Origin: Nitrosopumilus sp.
GTDB lineage: Archaea > Thermoproteota > Nitrososphaeria > Nitrososphaerales > Nitrosopumilaceae
Length of the DNA: 64,000 bases
Assembly (NCBI GenBank): GCA_965205425.1
Contig: CBDBGZ010000009.1
Location: 704,001 to 768,000 of the forward strand
Direction: 5' to 3'
Part shown: positions 30,971 through 39,544 of the stretch, piece after piece
Numbering within the stretch: position 1 is the first letter of the stretch
Layout: each line of letters opens with the position of its first letter
Position numbers and translations under genes: made by a program
Notes under the pieces: generated by a model
Databases searched by the model: none
What the model was told of the DNA's origin: nothing
Seen by the model: only the letters and a program-made list of their open reading frames with translations

Positions 30971-31300
30971 TTTATTAAGTTTCTTTTTTGTTCTTTTTAA
31001 TTTTTTCTTAAACCCTAAAATTAGTTTTTTAGTTTTTGTGTTTTTTTTGTAAATTTGTAATTGCTTTTGCTGTTTGTTTAGAAATTCTATCTCCTGTAAA
31101 TTTGTCAATTACACCGATTGCTCCAAAGGTTTGAAGAACTATTTCTAATACTTGATAACAAATCTGAATATCTGGAGGGATAAAACCGCCAGTAATTTTT
31201 TCTTCTTTACTTATTTTTTTAATTAATTGTATTTCCACATTATTGGTAATTCTAGATTCTTGAGATAATTCTTTTACAAATTCAAAAGTTGCAAGTATGT

Positions 31301-31436
31301 TATAGCGAAAAGACAAAGTTCGTGAACTAAATAATTTCAAAAAACTAGGAATCAGTTGATCTTGCCTATAGGTAAATACGAATAAACAAATTGAAACACC
31401 TAAAAAATAACTCACGAACTTATGCTTCTCGCTATA
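31301..31436 (+). mobile_element. IS630-derived MITE, copy 1
   Basis: tatagcga...tcgctata ends with TA duplication; three related copies nearby. Confidence 0.9.
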
Positions 31437-31566
31437 GATGCAGTTACAGGAAACGCATGTTTTTTTAATAAAATTTCAACAAACTCTACTTCCTTTTTTG
31501 AACTATATCCAAAATCAACTGCAAAAGAATATGGGAAATAAAATTTATCAGGTATATTTATGGACA

Positions 31567-31815
31567 TTAAATTTCACAAGTTTCTTGTGCCAATTCATCC
31601 GCTATAGGAGATAATCTATTGAATACTCCTTCATCTGCGCAAATAAATCCTTCTTGATCTCTAGAAAATATTTTACCTGCAACGATTTCATATATTGCTG
31701 TAAGATATGAGATGGATTGTTCAGATCTAGTAGATCTATGACCAATCATTCTTGCTTTTTTCCATAATTCTTCTTCTCTCATTAATACAGACGAGCCTGC
31801 TCTAACTGCATCCAT
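31567..31815 (-). CDS. Small hypothetical protein, possibly 5'-truncated by MITE copy 2
   Basis: 82-aa ORF whose stop abuts the downstream gene start. Confidence 0.35.
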   Translation of the reverse strand: MDAVRAGSSVLMREEELWKKARMIGHRSTRSEQSISYLTAIYEIVAGKIFSRDQEGFICADEGVFNRLSPIADELAQETCEI

Positions 31816-31816
31816 G

Positions 31817-31951
31817 TATAGCGAAAAGATAAAGTTCGTGAACTAAAAATCATCAAAAAACTAGAGATTAGATGATTTTACCTAAGGTAAATACGAATAA
31901 ACAATCTGAAACACCTTGAAAATAGTTCATGAACATATGCTTCTCGCTATA
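31817..31951 (+). mobile_element. IS630-derived MITE, copy 2
   Basis: Same TIRs; one mismatch to the reverse complement of copy 4. Confidence 0.9.
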
Positions 31952-32012
31952 TTATCTTGATTTATGCATAAATCTTGATAAATACAAATACTGGTATTAA
32001 TTTAATTAATCA

Positions 32013-33197
32013 ATGACAACAAAACTAGCAATTTCATCTATCTTTGCAATTCTGTTTGTTGGGATTATAATTCCTATCTTTGCAGACCAAATGAATAACC
32101 CTGATGATGATGATGTAGCCCCGGCACCTCCAAGTATTGGAGCTGACATTCCCTTAACCTACTTTGGTCCAGCACCAAGTGATGTACAAAAGGAATTGAT
32201 TGGTCCATACCAGTTACTAAAATCTGGTCAGATTGATCTTGATGAGGCAACAATCACTTTACCATTGTATAAGGGTCTGGTTCGTGATGGCTTTGATAAA
32301 TACAAAACTGTCTGGTATATCTTAACTGATACAACTGACAAAGGAAATGCAGAAGCTTTAGGGTTGAATCATTCACCCAAGCTAAAGTATTCTGAAATAT
32401 CACAATCAATAAGATATGCAAAAATAAATGAAAACGCAGAACTTGTGTTTACTAGAGGCATGGTTGATTTCTCACCTGAACGAATCGTATCTCCTGGTAT
32501 TGATTCACCATTCCCTCCAGAAATCTTTCAGCCAGGATCTGTAGGTGATGAGCATTATTCACCGTTGGTACTGGTAACTAACGCAGGACGGGAAATATAC
32601 AATGCACCAATGATCGCAGCAGGTGATGGATTCTCATACTGTGATGGAACGCCTGATTATTCAAAAGTACATGATAAGGTAGTGGCGTTTTGTCCTGAAG
32701 AGGGAACAGTTACCATAAAACTAACACCTGGGTTTAGCTTTGCAAGACCCGTGCTGTATATCAGCACTGAGAGCAATCATCCATTAGCTGCAACACTTGA
32801 AGGTGCAACACTAACACCGTCTCTAGGAAAAATCCCAATAGGTGGTGATGATTCTGCATTCTCGGCAGTTGAGAGAATCTTTGTAATGGCTAATGGTCCA
32901 ACAGGTGATAAAAATCCACAAAGACAGGGATTAAATTCAGCAATTGTTGATCATAGATCTCCACTAAATGTGTTAGGTGGAATACCAACTATAGCTACTG
33001 ATTACTCACCGCTTTGGGATGTTAATCTAGGATTTTGGACGGATGAAGCACTAGAAAAACACTATGACTCTAGGGTTACTGAGGAATTCCAAATATTAGG
33101 CCTTGTAGAGCAAGGATGGATTACAGGTCCTGATGGTGGAGAGTTTGGCAGTACAGGTATAATAGTTAACTGTCCAATTGTGTTTAGATTTTTATAA
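32013..33197 (+). CDS. Secreted protein of unknown function
   Basis: Signal peptide; repeated YSPL motifs; C-terminal VNCP. Confidence 0.75.
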   Translation: MTTKLAISSIFAILFVGIIIPIFADQMNNPDDDDVAPAPPSIGADIPLTYFGPAPSDVQKELIGPYQLLKSGQIDLDEATITLPLYKGLVRDGFDKYKTVWYILTDTTDKGNAEALGLNHSPKLKYSEISQSIRYAKINENAELVFTRGMVDFSPERIVSPGIDSPFPPEIFQPGSVGDEHYSPLVLVTNAGREIYNAPMIAAGDGFSYCDGTPDYSKVHDKVVAFCPEEGTVTIKLTPGFSFARPVLYISTESNHPLAATLEGATLTPSLGKIPIGGDDSAFSAVERIFVMANGPTGDKNPQRQGLNSAIVDHRSPLNVLGGIPTIATDYSPLWDVNLGFWTDEALEKHYDSRVTEEFQILGLVEQGWITGPDGGEFGSTGIIVNCPIVFRFL

Positions 33198-33447
33198 ACA
33201 CTCTTTTCTTTTTTTAGCAAAATGTCTCCAAAAAAATCAAGACAATATTTTTGGCAATGCACCGTCAGTTGGAACAAAGAATAACCATAAACAGATGGAA
33301 ATGCCCGAATTAAATTTTCGTATATTATAATCATCATCTCAAATTATACGACACTTGGCTGTTGCGTGCAAACTTTGCATACAAAAACAATGCCTGTTGG
33401 AAGTACTGCAATGTACGATACAGATGACGGACGGACAGGCGGTTCAT

Positions 33448-33672
33448 CAGTAGATGGGAAAGTACCTCAATTTAGATCAGAAACTATCAAGTGTTTCATC
33501 TAATTATTCAGATAGAAAAAGCTTGATGGAAGTGTGTCGTTCCATCAAAGCATGTGTTGTACTTCATTTGATACTCTGAGACACCAAGGTCTAAAATCAT
33601 CACAGGCATTTGAGATTGTCGCTAAAGTAATGTATAGCATCTTGTCGTTTCCATGTTCTGTAAAACACAAAA
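33448..33672 (+). mobile_element. 5' remnant of a second ISH3-family element
   Basis: Starts with the same TIR cagtagatgggaaagta and aligns with about 5763-5985. Confidence 0.8.
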
Positions 33673-33937
33673 TGAGTTGCGCAATTACAAGCAAAAATCT
33701 AACTTTTCTATCATTTAATTTCTAATTTTATGGAATTACAACAAATTCTTCTTTCCATTTTATCTTGAAATTGACAATCCCGCAAACAATCTCACTTATT
33801 ACATCATACCTGCATAATTTGTTCCTAAACACATCTCTGCTAATTCTAAATTTCTTGATTTGGGCAATGACGTGCTCTACTTTGATTCTAATCTTTGATT
33901 GTGTCTTGTTCCACTTTTTCTGAGAAATGGTTAACTC

Positions 33938-34908
33938 GGCCTTGTAGAAACCATCTGATTTTAACCCAATTGTGATACATTTTAGCTAATTTAGATCCAT
34001 TAGGATTGTATTTGCAGATTACAGTATGGTCTCATCATACGTCAAAATGTGCAAAACACTACTCAATATAATCACCAGATGCAGAATTCCCAGGTTCTTA
34101 CATCCAAAATCAAATCATATCTATTCTGTTTGGACACATCTCATACTCTTGGCAATACGACAGTACGAATCAAAGAGTTATAGAAGATTTACAGAATTTT
34201 TAGAAGAATGTGTAGGAATTCAGGAATATCTTGGTTTGTCTACCATTCCACATTACACCACACTACAAAAGGCAGCTGCAAGACTGGAAGGAAATCTGTT
34301 ACATAAAATGTTGCAGGAATTCATTTTGTACAAAAAAGTCAGACTGGTTCTAGCTGGAATTGATGGTAGCGGATTCAGTTACAGTACAGCATCATACTAT
34401 TATACAAAAAGAGTACAGTTACGCAGGAATTTCCTAAAAGTTGTTGTTTGTGCTGACATGAATACACAGCTTGTTTGCTGTGTCATGACACACCACAACA
34501 TGCAACATGATAATCCTGATTTTCTGCCATTGTTGTACAAAACCAACAATATTGTTCCAGTTGATATTGTGTTAGGTGACATGGGTTTTGATGATGAGAA
34601 TAACCATGTTGGTGCAGAACAGATCAACACAGCTGCAATAATTCCAACTCGATATGGAACAGTTCCAATTTACAGAACCAGTGGAATTCATAGAAAGGAG
34701 ATGAAGAGGAACTTTCCTGTACAATTGTACCATCAGAGAAACAAATCTGAAACAATCTTTTTTGTGATCAAACAGATAATGTCAGGAGATGTCACATCAA
34801 GAAATGTTACAACTCAGGACAATGAGATGTTGTACAGGTTAATTGCATACAATGCTTACAGGATTAGAAAATTAGATTTTGTTATTTTATCATGGTTTCT
34901 ACAAGGCC
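33938..34908 (+). mobile_element. Intact 971-bp IS5-family element
   Basis: Perfect 17-bp TIR ggccttgtagaaaccat; 9-bp target duplication ggttaactc (33929-33937, 34909-34917). Confidence 0.95.
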
Positions 34909-34946
34909 GGTTAACTCTTTTCCTTTTTTCTTCTTGTATGGTATAG
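34026..34946 (+). CDS. IS5-family DDE transposase; reads through the right TIR
   Basis: IDGSGF, LGDMGFD and YHQRNKSETIF motifs. Confidence 0.9.
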   Translation: MVSSYVKMCKTLLNIITRCRIPRFLHPKSNHIYSVWTHLILLAIRQYESKSYRRFTEFLEECVGIQEYLGLSTIPHYTTLQKAAARLEGNLLHKMLQEFILYKKVRLVLAGIDGSGFSYSTASYYYTKRVQLRRNFLKVVVCADMNTQLVCCVMTHHNMQHDNPDFLPLLYKTNNIVPVDIVLGDMGFDDENNHVGAEQINTAAIIPTRYGTVPIYRTSGIHRKEMKRNFPVQLYHQRNKSETIFFVIKQIMSGDVTSRNVTTQDNEMLYRLIAYNAYRIRKLDFVILSWFLQGRLTLFLFSSCMV

Positions 34947-35077
34947 CGAAAAGATAAAGTTCATGAACTAAATAATTTCAAAAAACTAGAAATCAGATGA
35001 TTTTACCTATAGGTAAATACGAATAAACAGTCTGAAACACCTTGAAAATAGTTCACGAACTTATGCTTCTCGCTATA
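34942..35077 (+). mobile_element. IS630-derived MITE, copy 3
   Basis: Same TIRs; inserted at a TA within the ISL2-like transposase. Confidence 0.9.
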
Positions 35078-35896
35078 GAATGCTGATTTGATCTTCAAAA
35101 TCTTTTTGAATCCCCAAATATCCAAGGTCATAAAATATCATCACATCTTCGTGTAGTGTAGGATACTTTATTTTCAGTACGGCATAATCATGTTTTTTAC
35201 CTGGAGAATGTGGGGGTTTGTGGATTATCTCACCTTTCTGGTTTATGATGATTTGGTTTTTTATTGTGTGTTTTTTCTTTTTGCCTGAATAGTGAGTCTT
35301 TCTTTTCTTTTTGTTCTGGGGTCTTGGGATTGGTTGTTCAGTACCATCAGTCATTGCAATCAATTCTGGAAAGAACAGTTGGAGTTGCTGTACATCATTT
35401 ATTTTTTTAGAATCAGAGTATAGTTTTGCAGGAATAGGAACTGTTTTTCTCACTGCAGGCTCTAAATACCTGATGTTTCTGTAGACGTTGCTCTGGTCTA
35501 ATCCAAACAGATATCCTGTCAATTCACATGTCAGGTACATCCGATAGTAAACAAACAACATTACAAGCTGGTCTTCAAGACTCAAATCAAACTTTCGCCC
35601 AGCTCCGATACTTCTTTTTCTCTTTGCTTTGGATAATCTCTTCTTTTCTTCTATACGGTGATTCTTTCTGACATCCTTTAGAATCACATCAAACTGTTGC
35701 CTAGTCACTCCAGTAAAAGAGAGAAGTGATTTTGGCTTTTTTGAGAGTTGCTTGTATGTTAACATGAAATGTGTTAAGGTTGTTCTTAGCTTTGGATCTT
35801 GCTGTGAAGGAATTTGTGTAATATGATAAAATATGTCTAATTACGCAAGAGGTCTAGTAATTACTTGATGGTACTATTATAGTGACTAAATAAGAA

Positions 35897-35970
35897 TGGG
35901 AACGGCAGGATTTGAACCTGCGACCACTAGTCCCCCAGACTAGTATCATACCAAGCTAGACTACGATCCC
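35897..35970 (-). tRNA. tRNA-Pro(GGG)
   Basis: Cloverleaf GGGATCG...CTAGT-CTGGGGG-ACTAG...GCAGG-TTCAAAT-CCTGC-CGTTCCCA; U5:U68 mismatch. Confidence 0.95.
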
Positions 35971-36023
35971 TCGCTTCAGAGGCACAAAATGAAATTATTA
36001 AATCGTCCTATTGATAAATAGAT

Positions 36024-36221
36024 TTGATGAAACTTTGTAATATTTGTCACAAGATTTCTGGAACTGACCAAGATCATCTTGATTGTATTCAAAAAAGAAG
36101 TATAGAATTAGAAGCTGAAGATTTTAAAAATAATATTCCAGAAAAACTTAATCTTTCAAATAATACTCAAGAAATAGGTGTGGAAGTTAGAGCAATTTTA
36201 GAACATCTCTCAAAAAAATAA
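36024..36221 (+). CDS. Small hypothetical protein with a CxxC...H..C motif
   Basis: 65-aa ORF with host-like codon usage. Confidence 0.5.
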   Translation: MMKLCNICHKISGTDQDHLDCIQKRSIELEAEDFKNNIPEKLNLSNNTQEIGVEVRAILEHLSKK

Positions 36222-36241
36222 AGATTCAGATGAATAAATTA

Positions 36242-36703
36242 GGTAATACCCCGTCAGTTGGAACAAATAACAAAGAATATTTTCAAATTATTTATGCCTA
36301 AGTTGTGCCTGAGAAACTTTGTTTCCCAATTACACTATTTGAGCCTGAAAATTTATGATCCAAGTCTTCTTCAATGATACTTTGAGCCTAGATTGTATAA
36401 TTAGGAAACAAAGTTCTACGCCGATGAGTATACAGCATATGCATCATTGATAATGAGAGGAAAACACAAGGTTGTATCTCATGGAAAAGATGAGTATGCT
36501 AGAGGCGATGTTCACATCAATGGAATGGAGGGATTTTGGAGTTATGCTAAAACTTGGATGTATCATTACAGAGGAGTTTCTAAACAGTATTTTCATCTGT
36601 ATCTCAAAGAGATAGAATTTGGATTCAACAACAGAGATGAGAATATCTTTGAAATGTTAGCAAAAATGCTTGTAAAACCTGTTCCAAATGAGTAGGTATT
36701 ACC
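36242..36703 (+). mobile_element. Internally deleted IS1595-family element
   Basis: TIRs ggtaatacc...ggtattacc; 8-bp duplication ataaatta (36234-36241, 36704-36711); residual ORF 36447-36695 with HINGMEGFWS and YLKEIEFGFNNR. Confidence 0.9.
36311..36418. mobile_element. Second-type MITE (about 108 bp) inside the IS1595 remnant
   Basis: Inverted ends aactttgtttcccaattacac / gtataattaggaaacaaagtt. Confidence 0.6.
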
Positions 36704-36708
36704 ATAAA

Positions 36709-37534
36709 TTAAAACCATTTTGATAGTCTTTCTTTTTCAAATTCAATTTTTTTAGAAAGATTATCAGTTGTTGATTCTGTAAGATTTGTTAATGGTTTAT
36801 CATTTGAAAACATATCAACTTCAATAATATAGCGAGAAGCATATGTTCATGAACTATTTTCAAGGTGTTTCAGACTGTTTATTCGTATTTACCTTAGGTA
36901 AAATCATCTAATCTCTAGTTTTTTGATGATTTTTAGTTCACGAACTTTATCTTTTCGCTATAGGAGCTGGACTGTAAAAGTCAATTTGTATAGAATCACG
37001 AATTACACGTTTTCTAAGCATGGAATCTATTAGTAAACTAGCCTCAAATGGTGCTGGTGTACATTTGTAAGGCATTCCCATTATAGAAATTGCAATTTTC
37101 CCAGATGTCATAGTCTCAAGTTTCTTACGAATTTCTGAAAGTTGATTATGATCATATAGATTGAATCCATATTCTTCTAATCCTGATATTTTTTGAGGAG
37201 CTAATACTGCACCCATTGAAATGATTAGAAAATCAAAAGAAATTGTTTGTGATTTAGTTTCAACATTTTTGTTTGTAAGATTTATTGATAAAATTTCATT
37301 TTTAATGAAATTAATTTCTTTTTTTGGTAATTCGTTTAGTGAACCAATTGAATTTTCAAAGGTACGAGTTCCATTAATGATCCATAATTTTGCAAATCCA
37401 ACCATAAACCAATCTTTTTTATCAATTACAGTAATTTTCACTTCAGATGATGATAATGTATTTCTTAATTCATTTGCAGATGAAAGTCCTCCAAAACCTC
37501 CTCCTAAAATTACAACATGAGGAATATTTGACAA
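36709..37534 (-). pseudogene. Sulfide:quinone oxidoreductase-like FAD-dependent oxidoreductase, middle replaced by MITE copy 4
   Basis: GGGFGG and YKCTPAPFEA in 36947-37534; probable C-terminal piece IEVDMF...FEKERLSKWF at 36709-36827. Confidence 0.75.
36828..36962 (-). mobile_element. IS630-derived MITE, copy 4 (inverted)
   Basis: Reverse complement of copy 2 with one mismatch. Confidence 0.9.
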
Positions 37535-37535
37535 C

Positions 37536-38297
37536 TTATCTTTCTTGAGTTGTAGGTCGAATTAGAATTTCATTTACATTAACGTATGATGGTGAATCAA
37601 CAGCATACAAAATTGCATTTGCAATGTCTTCTGCATGTAAAGCTTCCATCTTTTTTGCATTTTCAATAAATCCTTGTAAGGATTCATCAGTAATTGTATC
37701 ATTAAGTTCTGTATCAACAACTCCTGGTTCAATGCTAGTCACCCTAATGTTGGAACGTACACTAAATTCTTGTCTTAATCCCTCACTAAATGCTGCAACT
37801 GCATGTTTTGTTGCACAATAAACACTACCAGCAGGAAAAACAATTCTTCCAGCTACAGAAGAGAGATTAACTATATGGCCAGATTTTTTTTCTTTCATAT
37901 GGGTAATCACAGCACCTGTTGAATACAAAACACCTTTGATGTTGACATCAATCATTCTATCCCATTCATCTACTTTGAGGCTTTTGAAGAAACTAAGAGG
38001 CATCAAACCAGCATTATTTACAAGAATATCAATAGATCCCCATTTATCTAAAACCGCTTTAGCAAAATTTTCACATTCAGATCTTTGTGTTACATCTAAT
38101 TTTTGAAAAAATACTTCTCCACCATCAGAAGATATTTTTTTTGCGAGCTCTTCTAATCGGTCAACTCGTCTTGCACCTATAGCAACTTTTGCTCCAGCTT
38201 TTGATAAGGCTAAAGCAGTAGCAAATCCAATACCACTACTTGCACCAGTAATAATTGCAACTTTATCTTTAATCATAAAAAAACTAAATTTGATCAT
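37536..38297 (-). CDS. Short-chain dehydrogenase/reductase
   Basis: TGASSGIG, NNAG and YCATK motifs. Confidence 0.92.
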   Translation of the reverse strand: MIKFSFFMIKDKVAIITGASSGIGFATALALSKAGAKVAIGARRVDRLEELAKKISSDGGEVFFQKLDVTQRSECENFAKAVLDKWGSIDILVNNAGLMPLSFFKSLKVDEWDRMIDVNIKGVLYSTGAVITHMKEKKSGHIVNLSSVAGRIVFPAGSVYCATKHAVAAFSEGLRQEFSVRSNIRVTSIEPGVVDTELNDTITDESLQGFIENAKKMEALHAEDIANAILYAVDSPSYVNVNEILIRPTTQER

Positions 38298-38375
38298 CGT
38301 AAAAATGTTTAGACCATACTAAAATTAAGAACAAATACTAGCACCTTTATTAAAAGAAAAATAGTAATTGGAAAT

Positions 38376-38597
38376 ATGGAATCTGAAAAATGTGCATATT
38401 GTGGAGATTTAACAGATATGCCATTTCAGTGTAATTATTGTAAAGATCCTTTTTGTGCGGAACATAGACTTCCTGAAGAACACAGATGTGTAAAACTAAG
38501 CCAGATTAGAGCAAAAAGATTTGGTGAGAAAAAAATTATTCGTGATGGTGGACGTAACAAACCAAATATTTTAAAACGAATTTTTGGAAGATTTTAA
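38376..38597 (+). CDS. AN1-type zinc finger protein
   Basis: CxxC...CxxC...FCxxHRLPEEHxC. Confidence 0.85.
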   Translation: MESEKCAYCGDLTDMPFQCNYCKDPFCAEHRLPEEHRCVKLSQIRAKRFGEKKIIRDGGRNKPNILKRIFGRF

Positions 38598-38599
38598 AA

Positions 38600-38914
38600 T
38601 CAATAAGGACTTTTGTCTGGAGAGATTTTTGCCCGTCTTCCTTGGTAAATTAAAGCAATAGCAAGTGCAAACATAACCATTGCAGTCATTGGAAAATTTT
38701 TAGGCGGAGATAAAATTAACCAAATATCAACATCAACCATGCTTCCTAGACCATATGATATTGCAAATCCAATCGATACAATAGCCTGTATCCATAATTT
38801 TATCCATTTTGGAGCTTTTACCAATCTGCTTATAGCTTCAATAGCAAAAATTCCCATCACTGGAAAAATAGAGTATAAGAGAAAATCAAAAACTTCAACG
38901 CCTGTATGAGACAT
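38600..38914 (-). CDS. Small membrane protein
   Basis: Three hydrophobic segments. Confidence 0.6.
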   Translation of the reverse strand: MSHTGVEVFDFLLYSIFPVMGIFAIEAISRLVKAPKWIKLWIQAIVSIGFAISYGLGSMVDVDIWLILSPPKNFPMTAMVMFALAIALIYQGRRAKISPDKSPY

Positions 38915-38945
38915 ACAATATGATATTGATAGGTATAATTTCTAT

Positions 38946-39503
38946 CTAGTCTTCCAAATGTACCTTCGTTGCAACATTTTTGGCAATTAAAGCCTGGGCA
39001 TTCTCATATGGAATTGTAGCTATATCTTCAGTTTTGAAAGGTCCATATTTTTCAAGATCAGCACCGACAATTTCATCTACTTCATTTAGAAATCGAATAA
39101 CTATTTTCTTAGTTTTATGGTTTTGAGCTAATGATTCTAAAAATTTTGATTTTCCATTAATTGTTGCAGAAAGAATCGTCTCTGTCCTCTCTTTTTGATC
39201 CTCTTGTGAATCAAGAATGAATTTTTCTTCATCTAAGAGGTGACTTATTTCAAAATCTTCGGATTTTGAAATTTTTTCTAATCGAATTTCTATTAGTAAT
39301 GATGCTAATTCTGTAACCATTTCTATCATTGTGTCTTTGATTTTATTTTCTACTCCATCAAACTCTTGTTTTCTTAAATTTCCAATAAAATCAGCTAGAT
39401 TTCTGTAAAAGTTTGGATTAATTTCTAAAATTGAATCACTTTCAGTTTCACGTAAAACAGAATGATGTAGAGAATTGATATCGATTTGATTTGATTCTGA
39501 CAT
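38946..39503 (-). CDS. GINS complex subunit (Gins15/Gins51-type)
   Basis: Helical A domain, then C-terminal B domain (RFLNEVDEIVGADLEKYGPF...ENAQALI). Confidence 0.8.
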   Translation of the reverse strand: MSESNQIDINSLHHSVLRETESDSILEINPNFYRNLADFIGNLRKQEFDGVENKIKDTMIEMVTELASLLIEIRLEKISKSEDFEISHLLDEEKFILDSQEDQKERTETILSATINGKSKFLESLAQNHKTKKIVIRFLNEVDEIVGADLEKYGPFKTEDIATIPYENAQALIAKNVATKVHLED

Positions 39504-39544
39504 TTCTTACCTAATCCTTAAATGGCTGATGTATTTGTGTTTGA

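Larger units (their letters stand above)
30797..31567 (-). pseudogene. Hypothetical protein with a histone-H1-like Lys/Pro/Ala tail, split by a MITE and an A8 frameshift
   Basis: Removing MITE 31301-31436 (keeping one TA) restores ...FPVTASNILATF... from ATG 31567; one base fewer at T8 31041-31048 joins the KKPAK tail. Confidence 0.65.
33673..35856 (-). mobile_element. ISL2-like IS5-family element (DDE_Tnp_4-like transposase) interrupted by a second IS and a MITE
   Basis: Joining 35765-35076, 34941-34909 and 33928-33728 gives an open 307-aa transposase (DGTEQPIPRP, YSGKKKKHTIK, DLGYLG, RIKVEHVI); end tagacctcttgc at 35856. Confidence 0.85.

Noticed and set aside
31952..36827. Inversion or composite transposon bounded by inverted MITE copies 2 and 4
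   Set aside because: The probable C-terminal piece of the SQR-like gene keeps its orientation next to copy 4, and the tRNA/att repeats remain direct, so no inversion is indicated
31301..36962. The four 135-bp repeats as ncRNA or CRISPR repeats
   Set aside because: TIRs, TA duplications and gene-disrupting positions identify them as MITEs
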